DNA from: Methanobacteriota archaeon
GTDB lineage: Archaea > Thermoplasmatota > Poseidoniia > Poseidoniales > Thalassarchaeaceae
Length of the DNA: 64,000 nucleotides
Assembly: GCA_018654845.1 (NCBI GenBank)
Contig: JABIKU010000011.1
Location: 29,596 to 93,595, forward strand
Direction: 5' to 3'
The notes under the pieces are model-generated. The model saw only the letters and a list, made by a program, of their open reading frames with translations. It did not search any database and was not told the DNA's origin. Of this stretch, positions 35,606-46,049 are shown one piece after another; the first letter of the stretch is position 1, and every line of letters begins with the position of its first letter. The position numbers were made by a program, and so were the translations under genes.

Positions 35606-37183
35606 ATGCATTGGGCGGATTTTACCGCACAGCGCCTACATAAAGAACGTGGAAACAATCAAATTTTATGCTCAGGCATCACTCCATCAGGCGAGATACA
35701 TCTCGGTAATTTACGTGAAATTCTTACAGCAGAAATGATTCATAGAGCTTGTCTTGACCTCGAACTAAATTCCCGATATATTTTCATCGTCGATTCAATG
35801 GACCCACTCCGTCGAATCTATCCATTTCTCTCTGATGAATATCAAAAATATATCGGCTGCCCTCTCGCCTATATTCCTGCTCCTGATAAAAATGGACAGC
35901 CAGATTCATCATTAGGTAGTTATTCAGAACATTTCCTTTCACCATTCCTCGATGCTCTTCAACAAATTGGTGTTGAACCTGAAATAATCATGAATCATCA
36001 ATCCTATGAAAACGGTGAATTTGCTGAAAAAATCGATGGGGCAATCAAACATATGGAAGAAATTCGTGAAATTATTGAAACAATTTCAGGTCGTGAATTA
36101 TCAGACAATTGGTTTCCATACAATCCTATTGGATCTGACGGCAGCATGGATGGCGTCATAGTTACAGGCTATGAGTATCCTTACGTTTCATGGACTGACC
36201 GACACGGAATTTCTGGCCGTTCAGATATTCGCAAAGGTGAAGGGAAATTACCTTGGAGAATTGATTGGGCGGCTCGTTGGGGCTTTCACGGTATTACCTG
36301 TGAGCCTGCTGGGAAAGATCACGGCTCTGCAGGTGGTTCTTTTGATACAGGCATCCCAATATGTCGATTGCTCGGATCCGAACCGCCAGGAAAAATGGTT
36401 TACGAATGGATTCAACTGAAGGGTATGGGACCGATGTCTTCCTCATCAGGAAATACCATCGGTCCAATCGAGGCTTTAGGCCTCGTCCCACCAGAAATTA
36501 TTCGATACCTAATCGCCGGTTCGAAAGTTAACAAGCATATCGATTTTGATACTGGTGGAGCCCTATTTACGATGGCGGATGAATATGAACGCCTTGTCGC
36601 TAATCCTCCATCAGGAGATGATGAAAAATTATCGAAACGCCAATCGATTGCTCGTGATACCAAACTTGGCGCTTTGAGGATGAGTCAAATCTTACATGGT
36701 GCTGACCCAGCAGATTCAGTTGCTGGCGTTTCGTTTCGACATCTTTCAATGTTAGCTCAAATAAAATCTAATGATGAAGCAATTTGGGATTCCCTCAGGC
36801 AAAGTTCGCACATAGATGGTAAGCCGAATCAAACTCTCATTAGCCGGCTCATCCGTATGAGAAATTGGATTGAAGGACCACACTTCCCTTTAGATGCACG
36901 AATAGTTATTCAATCTACAATAACTGAAGAAGCTCAAAATAATCTCAGTAATGAACAAAATTCTTTCTTGAGTGAATTTCAGAAACGAATTAACGATTAC
37001 GAATGGAATGAAGATTCGATAAATGAGTGCATTAGAGAATCATCGGCATCGATTGAAATTGGTATGCGCCAAGCATATATGGCACTCTATTGGGTTATTT
37101 TAGGAAAGAATTTTGGCCCCAGAATTGCAGCATTAATGGCAGAAATTGACAAAGATGAAGCGATTGCAATATTCTCAAATTGA
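35606..37183 (+). CDS. lysS: Class I lysyl-tRNA synthetase
   Basis: HWAD, SGITPSGEIHLGN, KLPWRIDWAARW, GKDH, MSSSSGN. Confidence 0.95.
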   Translation: MHWADFTAQRLHKERGNNQILCSGITPSGEIHLGNLREILTAEMIHRACLDLELNSRYIFIVDSMDPLRRIYPFLSDEYQKYIGCPLAYIPAPDKNGQPDSSLGSYSEHFLSPFLDALQQIGVEPEIIMNHQSYENGEFAEKIDGAIKHMEEIREIIETISGRELSDNWFPYNPIGSDGSMDGVIVTGYEYPYVSWTDRHGISGRSDIRKGEGKLPWRIDWAARWGFHGITCEPAGKDHGSAGGSFDTGIPICRLLGSEPPGKMVYEWIQLKGMGPMSSSSGNTIGPIEALGLVPPEIIRYLIAGSKVNKHIDFDTGGALFTMADEYERLVANPPSGDDEKLSKRQSIARDTKLGALRMSQILHGADPADSVAGVSFRHLSMLAQIKSNDEAIWDSLRQSSHIDGKPNQTLISRLIRMRNWIEGPHFPLDARIVIQSTITEEAQNNLSNEQNSFLSEFQKRINDYEWNEDSINECIRESSASIEIGMRQAYMALYWVILGKNFGPRIAALMAEIDKDEAIAIFSN

Positions 37184-40100
37184 ACCGATTGTTAACAATC
37201 TCGGCTCAGGCATTCCAAGCCTCATTTCACCTATTGCAAGAACTTCCATACGAGCTCCTGCCATCGTAGTTACGAATGGGATATTCAATTCCACTGCAAG
37301 TCGACGCATCATATTGCCATCAAGAACAGCACCACCAGTATTCCTTGGCGTATTAATAATCAAATGGATCTTGCCTTGCCTCATTAGATCTAGTGCATCA
37401 GGTGTTTTTCTTTCAGTAATTCGATAACAGGTCTGTACATCTAACCCCCCTTCATCGCGCAATACATGAGCGGTTCCCCGTGTTGCATAGAGTTGAAATC
37501 CTAATTCAACTAAATCACGTGCTTGCTCGATAATTGCATGCTTATCTGCATCTTTTACAGTAATGTAAACTCCACCTTCAGTTGGAACTGGAGATTCGGT
37601 CGCGAGCCTCGCCTTCAGATAAGCAGCCGAGGCTCGCTCATGACTTCCCATGACTTCTCCAGTAGATTTCATTTCAGGCCCAGGAGCTGGGTCAAGTCCC
37701 CTCAATTTGATGAAAGGGAATACCGGAGCTTTGACACAAACGGCTTCGGTTTGCGGTTCTGGCACCGATAAATCAACCAATTTTTCGCCTAATGCGAGCC
37801 GGGCTGCAATTCTTGCCAGAGGAATTCCTGTGGATTTAGCAACGAATGGAAAGGTGCGTGACCCTCTAGGATTAACCTCAAGGACATATACAGTCTCATC
37901 TCTGATTGCGAATTGAATGTTATAACAACCGACTATACCCAATTCAAGTCCAATTATTCTCGTCCATTCTTCAACTTCAGATATTATTTTTTGAGAAATT
38001 GTCTGGGGTGGAATAAAGCAGGTAGAATCCCCAGAATGAATGCCGGCTTCCTCAAGGTGTTCCATAATAGCACCGATCAAAACCTCATTACCATCACAAA
38101 CTGCATCGACATCTAATTCAATAGCATTTCCGAGATATTCATCGACGAGCAGTGGCCTTTCTGGAGATAAAAACGCTTCTTGCATATATGCATCTAATTG
38201 ACGATTCGAAGAGAGGATTTCCATCCCTCTACCACCTAATACATATGATGGACGAATCAAGACTGGATAACCGATTTCACGTACTGCATCCCTTACTCCT
38301 TCGGGTGTAGTCGCTGTGGTTCCATTTGGCATGCGCAATCCGTTTCGTTTTGCGAATGCCTCAAATCTTTCTCTATCACTAGCTTCATCAACAGCCTCTG
38401 GCGTCGTTCCTTCCATAACTAAATCGAGACCCAAAGTTGAGAGATGAGGCAGGTTTGCCGATAATGGTAATGCCAAATTTATTGCAGTTTGACCGCCGAA
38501 TTGAAGCAGTATTCCATGTGCATCTTCTCTCAATAAAATTTCACTGACCGACTCTAATGTGAGTGGATCGAAATAGAGTCGGTCACTGGTATCGAAATCG
38601 GTTGATACCGTTTCAGGATTATTATTGATGATAATTGCTTCTTGGCCAAGATCTTGGATTGCACCTACTGCATGAACACAGCCATAATCAAATTCAATTC
38701 CTTGGCCGATACGAATTGGCCCACTTCCGATTACGACGATTCGTTGCTTGGATTTTGTTGCTAACTCAGGAACATAATCAATTCCTACCGAAATAGAACC
38801 CCCTTCGTAAGTCGCATAATAATATGGAGTAATCGCAGCGAATTCTGCAGCGCATGAATCTACCATTCGGAATCGTGGATGAATGCTTAATTCGTGACGC
38901 CGTTGAGTGACTGCGAATTGATCAGCCCCCTCTTGTAATGTGCTATAACCACTCGAAGGGAATCCTGAAAGTGCATCAGCGATATGTAGGTCATTAAATC
39001 CGAACCCTTTCCACTTTCGCATTTCTCCCTCGGGAATTTTCGAAGCGACTAGACCAATTTCACCAGCTGCGCGTATTTCTGTTTCAATTGCAGCCATTTT
39101 CTCAAATCGGTGAAGGAACCATCGCGTCACTCCACCGGTTAAATCTCGAACATCGTCGATTGAATAACCGCGGCGGAAGGCTTCGAAGAGCGCGCCCATT
39201 CTTCGATCGGTTGGAATCCTCAACCAATCTTCAAGCAGAGCTTCAGGTAATGCTTCAGATGCTCGAGCATCCATTGTTTCGCCACCAGAGGCATCCGCCA
39301 TAGTTAGCGGACGAGGATGTGGAGCTCCATATTCGAGAGAAGCCCATGCTTTCAGGAATGCTTCCTCGAAGCATCGACCAATTGCCATCACTTCACCTGT
39401 TGATTTCATCGAAGTTCCGATTGTGCGATCAGCAGTGCGGAACTTATCGAATGGCCAACGCGGAATTTTAACGACACAATAATCGAGTGTTGGTTCAAAA
39501 GCGGCAGTAGTTCCTTCACCAGTAATTGGATTCGGCAATTCATCGAGAGTGTATCCAACCGCAATGAGGGCTGCCATTCTCGCGATAGGATATCCAGTCG
39601 CTTTACTCGCCAATGCAGAAGAGCGAGAAACGCGAGGATTAACTTCGATAACTCGGAAATCACCGGAATTTTGGTCTACAGCAAATTGTACATTACATCC
39701 TCCTTTGATATTCAGTCGTCGAATTAACTTCAACGCTGCATTTCGCAAACCCTGATGGTCACGGTCGGAGAGTGTTTGTTGTGGAGCCACAACGACCGAC
39801 TCACCCGTGTGAACGCCCATTGGATCTAAATTTTCCATTGTACAAACGATTATCGCATTGTCCGCATTATCGCGCATTACTTCGTATTCATGCTCCTGCC
39901 AGCCCAATATACTCTCTTCAATCAAAACTTGCCCTATAGCAGAATGTAGAATTCCTTGACTTGCAATCTCGACCAATTCACCCATATTGAACGCGGTTCC
40001 TCCCCCCAAACCACCCAAAGTAAAGGCTGGTCGGATCAACAAAGGGAAGCCGCCCAAAATTTCTGCAGAGGTGATAACCTCCTCTATCGAATCACAGGCG

Positions 40101-40540
40101 ATTGCTTGGCAAACGGGTAGATCGATTTCTTCACAAACTCGTTTGAACAAATCGCGGTCTTCAGCCTCATCTATGGCTGCTAGATCACAACCAATGAGTT
40201 CGACACCGAGCTCATCGAGTGAGCCATCATGTGCCAGTGCCATAGCGATATTGAGGGCGGTTTGACCGCCCATTCCAGCAAGTATCGCATCAGGTTTCTC
40301 GATTTCTAAGATGCGTTTAACAACCTCTGGCAATAATGGTTCGATGTAAATTCGATCAGCCATTTCAGGATCATTTTGAATCGTAGCAGGATTAGAATTG
40401 ATTAGGATTATTTCGTAACCATCGGCTCTGAGAGCTCGGCAAGCTTGGCTTCCTGAGAAATCGAATTCAGCAGCTTGGCCGATTCTAATCGGTCCACTAC
40501 CAAGGATGACTATTCGTTCTAAATCATCTCTGCGTGGCAT
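37175..40540 (-). CDS. carB: Carbamoyl-phosphate synthase large subunit
   Basis: GSGPIRIGQAAEFDFSG, duplicated ATP-grasp halves, NPETVSTDFD, MKSTGEVM, MGS domain. Confidence 0.97.
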   Translation of the reverse strand: MPRRDDLERIVILGSGPIRIGQAAEFDFSGSQACRALRADGYEIILINSNPATIQNDPEMADRIYIEPLLPEVVKRILEIEKPDAILAGMGGQTALNIAMALAHDGSLDELGVELIGCDLAAIDEAEDRDLFKRVCEEIDLPVCQAIACDSIEEVITSAEILGGFPLLIRPAFTLGGLGGGTAFNMGELVEIASQGILHSAIGQVLIEESILGWQEHEYEVMRDNADNAIIVCTMENLDPMGVHTGESVVVAPQQTLSDRDHQGLRNAALKLIRRLNIKGGCNVQFAVDQNSGDFRVIEVNPRVSRSSALASKATGYPIARMAALIAVGYTLDELPNPITGEGTTAAFEPTLDYCVVKIPRWPFDKFRTADRTIGTSMKSTGEVMAIGRCFEEAFLKAWASLEYGAPHPRPLTMADASGGETMDARASEALPEALLEDWLRIPTDRRMGALFEAFRRGYSIDDVRDLTGGVTRWFLHRFEKMAAIETEIRAAGEIGLVASKIPEGEMRKWKGFGFNDLHIADALSGFPSSGYSTLQEGADQFAVTQRRHELSIHPRFRMVDSCAAEFAAITPYYYATYEGGSISVGIDYVPELATKSKQRIVVIGSGPIRIGQGIEFDYGCVHAVGAIQDLGQEAIIINNNPETVSTDFDTSDRLYFDPLTLESVSEILLREDAHGILLQFGGQTAINLALPLSANLPHLSTLGLDLVMEGTTPEAVDEASDRERFEAFAKRNGLRMPNGTTATTPEGVRDAVREIGYPVLIRPSYVLGGRGMEILSSNRQLDAYMQEAFLSPERPLLVDEYLGNAIELDVDAVCDGNEVLIGAIMEHLEEAGIHSGDSTCFIPPQTISQKIISEVEEWTRIIGLELGIVGCYNIQFAIRDETVYVLEVNPRGSRTFPFVAKSTGIPLARIAARLALGEKLVDLSVPEPQTEAVCVKAPVFPFIKLRGLDPAPGPEMKSTGEVMGSHERASAAYLKARLATESPVPTEGGVYITVKDADKHAIIEQARDLVELGFQLYATRGTAHVLRDEGGLDVQTCYRITERKTPDALDLMRQGKIHLIINTPRNTGGAVLDGNMMRRLAVELNIPFVTTMAGARMEVLAIGEMRLGMPEPRLLTIGSI

Positions 40541-41868
40541 TAATTCTCACCTCGTAAATAAGCCTCAAGGCTCAGACCTGAAAGATGTGCACCAACCATT
40601 GTAGAAAACCTATCAAAGAGAGGGGCTGCATCATGTGGACCAGGGCAAGCCTCTGGATGAAATTGGACGGTAAAGGCTGGTTTTCCGATTAAATCCAACC
40701 CTTCTACCGTTTTGTCGTTTGCATTGACATAGCGGACGGTGAAATCTGATCCTAGAACATTTTCAACTTGTTCTGAACAAGCCCCGGATGGGTGAGGGGC
40801 GAGCATTCCTTGATTTGGGTCTTCAACTGCAAAACCATGATTTTGACTAGTGATGTGGACTCTGCCATCCACTAAATCAACAACTGGTTGGTTCGCTCCA
40901 CGATGACCATAGCGCAATTTGTAGGTTCTCAAACCAGCTGCTAGCCCCATCAATTGATGGCCAAGACAAATCCCCATCACAGGTAAATCAGCTCGAACAG
41001 CAGCAGCGAGATTATTTCTCGCATTTGTCGCTGCGCCACCATGAGCTGGATCACCTGGTCCATTCGAAGCGAAAAATGCATCTGGATTCCATTCGAGTAT
41101 CTCATCGAAAGTAATGGTTGCCGGGCACCAAACAACCTCAAATCGGCGGCATAATTCTCGCAAAATATTGTATTTGATGCCGCAATCAATAGTGGCTAGA
41201 CGAGGCAGAGGCTTACCATCCTCATCCTTCGCTCCCTCATTGATTAGAACCGCTTCTTCACAAGTCACTTCTGCAACTAAATCTTCTGCATCGGGTGGAG
41301 CCATTTTCGATAAGATTTCTAACATCTCCGATTCTTTTTCTGCCGGTCCAAATACCGAAAGAACCGTGCCGTGTTCACGAACTCGTCGAGTTAAGGCGCG
41401 GGTATCGACGCCTTCGATTCCAGGGACTCCATGGGCTGCTAGAAGATCATGAACGCTTCCAATTGAATCGCGATGGTCAGGAATACGCATTAGTTGTCGA
41501 CAGACTACACCACGTGGCCAAACACCAGCTGATTCAGAAATCCCCGCGTGAACGCCGTAGTTACCAATAAGAGGCCAAGTGAAGGTTAGAATTTGACCTG
41601 CGAAGGAAGGATCGGTCAAACTTTCTTGATATCCACACATTCCTGTAGTGAAGACTAACTCGCCTTGTGCAATCGTCTCAGCGCCGAATAATTTACCCGA
41701 AAATCTAGTCCCATCGGCTAAAAGAAGCAATCCAGGAGCAAAACTAGCAGGTTGATTTGCATTTGAATCAAGTAGAATATCTGCCGCATCGGCGAATGAG
41801 GGTGGGTTTTCAACACCCGAAACGACAGCCCCCGGAATAAATCCCCGAGCCGGTGCCGTATCCGACAT
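40540..41868 (-). CDS. carA: Carbamoyl-phosphate synthase small subunit
   Basis: GELVFTTGMCGYQE, SNGPGDP, GICLGHQ, GHRGANQPV, SQNHGF, QFHPEACPGPHD; start uncertain (41868-41916). Confidence 0.95.
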   Translation of the reverse strand: MSDTAPARGFIPGAVVSGVENPPSFADAADILLDSNANQPASFAPGLLLLADGTRFSGKLFGAETIAQGELVFTTGMCGYQESLTDPSFAGQILTFTWPLIGNYGVHAGISESAGVWPRGVVCRQLMRIPDHRDSIGSVHDLLAAHGVPGIEGVDTRALTRRVREHGTVLSVFGPAEKESEMLEILSKMAPPDAEDLVAEVTCEEAVLINEGAKDEDGKPLPRLATIDCGIKYNILRELCRRFEVVWCPATITFDEILEWNPDAFFASNGPGDPAHGGAATNARNNLAAAVRADLPVMGICLGHQLMGLAAGLRTYKLRYGHRGANQPVVDLVDGRVHITSQNHGFAVEDPNQGMLAPHPSGACSEQVENVLGSDFTVRYVNANDKTVEGLDLIGKPAFTVQFHPEACPGPHDAAPLFDRFSTMVGAHLSGLSLEAYLRGEN

Positions 41869-41912
41869 CAGCAATCCTGCCTGAGAACGCCTCTTAATCA
41901 TTGAGAAAGAAA

Positions 41913-42488
41913 TCATTCCTCTTCGAGGTTGATAACACGTTTCCCCTCTGCATTCGGAATGACTTTTATCTCTCCACCCGAAAATCTATTTTCGTCATCA
42001 ATTGGTCCAACCCAAGATTCGAGAAAAATTGCTAAGGCTGCAACTTCTGAATGTGGTTGATTACCGACGGAAATATTGTGATTTGCCAATCTATATACCT
42101 CTCCGGGCACTTTTGTTCCACCGACAATAACAACAGTTGGCCTATCGGTAGAAATTTTCGGTATCGCCTCTCTCCAAGGCTCACCATACATAGTTAGATG
42201 AACAATAACTCCTGGTTCACCATCACCTGCATCTTTAGCAAACTGACGTAGCCAAGATAGGGGCTTGTCTTCATGACGAGAAGTGAATTTTCCTCCAAAC
42301 CTTGCTGACACGGAATTCCAAGTTTCAAGGGCAGATGAATCAACTTCACCTGCTAATAGAACCTCATCCGCGCCAAAAGCTCGAGCAGTTAGACCAAGAT
42401 GGCTCGTAATTCGCTTATCCCGCTCGCGTCGATGACCAAGACGAAGAACGCTCAAATGAGGTAGTTGGATAGGACCCACGAGGCTCAT
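41913..42488 (-). CDS. trm56: tRNA (cytidine56-2'-O)-methyltransferase aTrm56
   Basis: LRLGHRRERDKRITSH, HLTMYG, VGGTKVP, VGNQPHSEVAALAIFL. Confidence 0.93.
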   Translation of the reverse strand: MSLVGPIQLPHLSVLRLGHRRERDKRITSHLGLTARAFGADEVLLAGEVDSSALETWNSVSARFGGKFTSRHEDKPLSWLRQFAKDAGDGEPGVIVHLTMYGEPWREAIPKISTDRPTVVIVGGTKVPGEVYRLANHNISVGNQPHSEVAALAIFLESWVGPIDDENRFSGGEIKVIPNAEGKRVINLEEE

Positions 42489-43153
42489 GCGAGAGGCGGC
42501 TGTTCATCAGCCTGACCCTCGTAATCGATATCGGTTTGAACTGGAAAAAGGTCGATATTATTTGACAAAATCAATTCCCTAACCCATTGTAGAAGCATTG
42601 CGTCGAAGAAGAAACGAGAAGCGAGATGAAGTAATGCGGCTAAAATGATAAGTCGCCCACTAGCAAATAATGCAGTTTGAATATCGACATTACCAGTCAA
42701 AATAAGGTGGCCAAATGGCTCTATGATGAAAAATACACCTAATATTACCAAAATTCCCGCGACGTTTGAGAGAATACCATGGCCACGTTCGCGGCCAATC
42801 GACATAATCAAAGTAGAAAGTAGAGCGATACCTGGAACGATTAAGCTCAATTCATTAAATCCAAAATTACCAATCATCGATCCTGGCAAGCCATTATCTC
42901 CCAAAGCATCACCACCCTTCTGAACAGCAACTAACCAAAATAATACGGCACAAGAAATCATTCCACCTGAAATAACTCCGCGTTGGGTTATCATTTCTCT
43001 TAATTCATGACGATCTTTTGGTTGTAATCTTTGTATTACAGATTCCATCATTTCCAAAGAAACTTGGTTAGTAGTATCATCCATTGGAGCGGCAACTGAG
43101 GCCGAAGATAAACTAGAATGACCCTCGTTTCGGATATCCTCTCCCAAAACCAT
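42485..43153 (-). CDS. Hypothetical membrane protein (about 4 TM)
   Basis: Several hydrophobic segments; overlaps the trm56 start. Confidence 0.6.
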   Translation of the reverse strand: MVLGEDIRNEGHSSLSSASVAAPMDDTTNQVSLEMMESVIQRLQPKDRHELREMITQRGVISGGMISCAVLFWLVAVQKGGDALGDNGLPGSMIGNFGFNELSLIVPGIALLSTLIMSIGRERGHGILSNVAGILVILGVFFIIEPFGHLILTGNVDIQTALFASGRLIILAALLHLASRFFFDAMLLQWVRELILSNNIDLFPVQTDIDYEGQADEQPPLA

Positions 43154-43208
43154 TGTCGGATTGCCGCTCCATCACATCATAAAGCATTGGTTGAATCGGT
43201 GGGCCAAT

Positions 43209-44042
43209 ATGGCGGACAGGAGACCTCTTCTCATTCGCCGAGTTGATGGTTTTCCCCGAATCATGGGTGTTCTGAACATAACTCCAGACTCATTTCACCC
43301 AGATTCCAGAGTAAATGGACTGGACGATGCGCTCAATCTTGCGGGCTTGATGATTGAAGACGGAGCAGATTGGTTAGATATCGGCGGAGAATCGACGCGT
43401 CCAGGTGCGACTGCTGTTGATGAAGTCGAGGAAATGGCTCGCGTTGTACCAATTATTTCCGCAATTCGGGAACGATTTCCCGAGGTAGGGATATCTGTGG
43501 ATACACGTCGAGCGAATGTTGCTCGACAAGCCTTGTTATCAGGCGCGGATATGATCAACGACGTTTCATCCTTAGCAGATCCACGAATGTTAGAGGTTGT
43601 CGTTGAATTCGGTTGCCCTATTTGCATTATGCATATGCAAGGATTACCCGATAGTATGCAAATTGAACCAACGTATTGTGATGTTGTGGACGAGGTAAGG
43701 ACTAGCTTAGCTGCGGTGGCAAGGAAGTTGTCTGAGGAAGGGGTTTCGCCAAATTTGATTATTGTTGACCCCGGAATCGGATTTGGTAAATTACTCGAGC
43801 ATAACCTATCACTATTATCAGCTGGAAGAAACATTGTACCAAATCAAGAAATGTTGCTTCTTTGGGGAGTTAGTCGAAAACGAATGTTTGAAGACTTACT
43901 AGGAAGAAATGACAGTGAAAATAGGTTGGCAGGTACATTAGGTGTCGCAGCTATGGCGAAATCTCTGGGCGTAGATATCATCAGAGTCCATGATGTGCGA
44001 GAACATGCTGACCTTTTCGCAACCATGGCGGCTATGGAGTGA
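43209..44042 (+). CDS. folP: Dihydropteroate synthase (bacterial type)
   Basis: MGVLNITPDSF, DIGGESTRPGA, INDVS, DPGIGFGK, GVSRK, IRVHDV; ATG at 43209. Confidence 0.93.
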   Translation: MADRRPLLIRRVDGFPRIMGVLNITPDSFHPDSRVNGLDDALNLAGLMIEDGADWLDIGGESTRPGATAVDEVEEMARVVPIISAIRERFPEVGISVDTRRANVARQALLSGADMINDVSSLADPRMLEVVVEFGCPICIMHMQGLPDSMQIEPTYCDVVDEVRTSLAAVARKLSEEGVSPNLIIVDPGIGFGKLLEHNLSLLSAGRNIVPNQEMLLLWGVSRKRMFEDLLGRNDSENRLAGTLGVAAMAKSLGVDIIRVHDVREHADLFATMAAME

Positions 44043-44046
44043 TTTG

Positions 44047-45219
44047 ATGAAGAATGATGATAATAACCGAAATATCATCGACATCGATGAGAACCTTCGA
44101 TTGATTGGGACTGCTCACGTAAGCAGCTCCTCTGTTGCCCTTGTCCGTGAGCAAATATCGAATTACAAACCCGACCTCGTCGCTGTTGAATTATGCGAGT
44201 CTAGATTAAAATCTTTGAAACAACCCGATGATTTGGATAACGAAGACTTACTCAATATCATCAATGAAGGACGCTCATCGATGATTCTTCTCCAATCTGC
44301 ACTAGCAGCTCAGCAACGCAGGATGGGGATGAACACTGGAGAAAAACCAGGAGCGGAATTACTCGCAGCGATAGAGGCTGCGGATGAATCAGATATTGCC
44401 TACGAATTAATCGATCGCGACGTAATTATCACTTTGAGACGCGCATGGAGAAAAATGGGATTACGCGAGAAATGGCGAGTTCTGAATGCATTGCTCTGGG
44501 ATGAAGAGGATGAAGAGGTAGTCGACATCGATGAACTAGTCGAAGATTCAGACCTACTCAGTGAATTGATGCTAGAAGCGAAACAAGTTGCACCTCGTGC
44601 AGGTGAGGTTCTAATCGATGAACGCGACACTTACCTATCTGGGCGCATTCAACAAATTCGAGGTCGTGGCAAGGTTCTCGCTGTCGTTGGAGCAGGCCAT
44701 ATCAACGGAATCATCGAACAACTTGAACTGCCAGTGATAGATACTACTTCACGCTTAGTAGAACTAAGAACAGAACCACCCAAACCCATTTGGCCAAAAC
44801 TCATCATGTGGGCAATTCCACTTTTTTTGGGTTCAGTGATTGGATGGTTGATTTACAATGGTGAAATTGACGCTTTGAAAGAGACTCTTTGGTATTGGCT
44901 CGCAGCTAATGCTGTGCTCGCTGGGCTAGGTGTAGCTCTCGCCCGTGGACATCCGCTTTCGATAATCATTGGAGCAGCGGCCTCGCCAATTACTAGTCTC
45001 AATCCGACTCTCGCAGCAGGTTGGTTCGCAGGTTATACTCAACTCAAGGTCGCTGCACCAACTGGTGGTGACGCTGCAGAATTTCTCGCCTTGCGTGATT
45101 ACGGAGTTTTCTGGAACAATCGAGTCGGACGTGTACTCCTCGTAACCGCATTAGGAAATCTCGGATCAGCCCTCGGAGCGTGGTTAGCGGGCGGAGCAAT
45201 CATTTCGATTCTTCTCTAA
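44047..45219 (+). CDS. TraB/GumN (PrgY-like) family protein with C-terminal TM region
   Basis: LIGTAHVS, AVELCESR, PGAEL, LIDERD, AVVGAGH, NPTLAAGWFAG. Confidence 0.88.
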   Translation: MKNDDNNRNIIDIDENLRLIGTAHVSSSSVALVREQISNYKPDLVAVELCESRLKSLKQPDDLDNEDLLNIINEGRSSMILLQSALAAQQRRMGMNTGEKPGAELLAAIEAADESDIAYELIDRDVIITLRRAWRKMGLREKWRVLNALLWDEEDEEVVDIDELVEDSDLLSELMLEAKQVAPRAGEVLIDERDTYLSGRIQQIRGRGKVLAVVGAGHINGIIEQLELPVIDTTSRLVELRTEPPKPIWPKLIMWAIPLFLGSVIGWLIYNGEIDALKETLWYWLAANAVLAGLGVALARGHPLSIIIGAAASPITSLNPTLAAGWFAGYTQLKVAAPTGGDAAEFLALRDYGVFWNNRVGRVLLVTALGNLGSALGAWLAGGAIISILL

Positions 45220-45254
45220 ATTTCGAAATAGGCTGCTCATCTGAAAATATTATT

Positions 45255-45602
45255 TCAGTACTTTTCAAGGCGGCCGCTATTACGAGTCCAAGCAGCAATC
45301 CCACCCTTTAGATTGTACAAGCGAGCAGCGTTGATTCCCGACGCAGTGAGTGTACGATAAGCAATTCTCGAGCGTTTTCCGCTCCTACAAAGCAAAAGCA
45401 CATCACCCTTCTTTGGGATACTCTTCAAAGCCGAACGAATTTTATCGTGGGATTTGACTAAATTAGTGCCTGGAATGGCTCCGGTCTTCTGAACTTCACC
45501 AAGGCTCCGTACATCAATAATGAACGGACTCCAACCTTCTGTAATCTTTTTCATCACTACATTCGATTTGATATCGCCGGCGCGTTTGAAGATGCTCCAC
45601 AT
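45255..45602 (-). CDS. Single-domain rhodanese (sulfurtransferase)
   Basis: IIDVRS..E, GAIPG, active loop LCRSGKRS, NLKGGIAAW; ATG at 45602 (TTG at 45629 alternative). Confidence 0.88.
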   Translation of the reverse strand: MWSIFKRAGDIKSNVVMKKITEGWSPFIIDVRSLGEVQKTGAIPGTNLVKSHDKIRSALKSIPKKGDVLLLCRSGKRSRIAYRTLTASGINAARLYNLKGGIAAWTRNSGRLEKY

Positions 45603-45649
45603 AAGGCGCCGGAAACGCGCATCATACAAAAAACAAATAGGCGTCCTTC

Positions 45650-45671
45650 AATATCACAATATTCAGATATT
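45650..45671. promoter_or_regulatory. Candidate ArsR-family operator in the divergent rhodanese / arsR-tusA promoter
   Basis: AATATC-AC-AATATT-CA-GATATT, a dyad with 9 of 11 base pairs symmetric about 45660/45661; immediately upstream of TAAAGATTATAG (BRE/TATA-like) and the arsR ATG at 45705. Confidence 0.6.
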
Positions 45672-45704
45672 AAAGATTATAGTCTGACACATGCCCCGGG
45701 GCCT

Positions 45705-46049
45705 ATGGCATTGAAGCAATCAGACTCAAGTAATCATATTCTTGATTCCGATTTTTTACATAATGTATCTAGCGTTATCAAAACTCTCGGACACCCAGAT
45801 CGAATCAGAATTGTAGAGAAGTTAAATGGCGAAGAATGTACTGTGTCCGAAATTCAAGAATCACTTGAAATTGGCCAATCAACCACCTCTCAACATCTTC
45901 GAAGAATGTACCGTGAAGGAATAGTAACGTCTCGTCGTGATGGAAATCGAGTGTTCTACTCTATCGCCAGTCCATTGATTGGAAAGATGCTAGCTTGCCT
46001 CGAAGAGGTCCAAGAAGAATTAATGAAAACTAAGGAGATGAAGATATGA
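45705..46049 (+). CDS. ArsR/SmtB-family transcriptional regulator
   Basis: KTLGHPDRIRI, TVSEI, QSTTSQHLRRM, GIVTSRRDGNRVFYSI; two Cys. Confidence 0.9.
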   Translation: MALKQSDSSNHILDSDFLHNVSSVIKTLGHPDRIRIVEKLNGEECTVSEIQESLEIGQSTTSQHLRRMYREGIVTSRRDGNRVFYSIASPLIGKMLACLEEVQEELMKTKEMKI

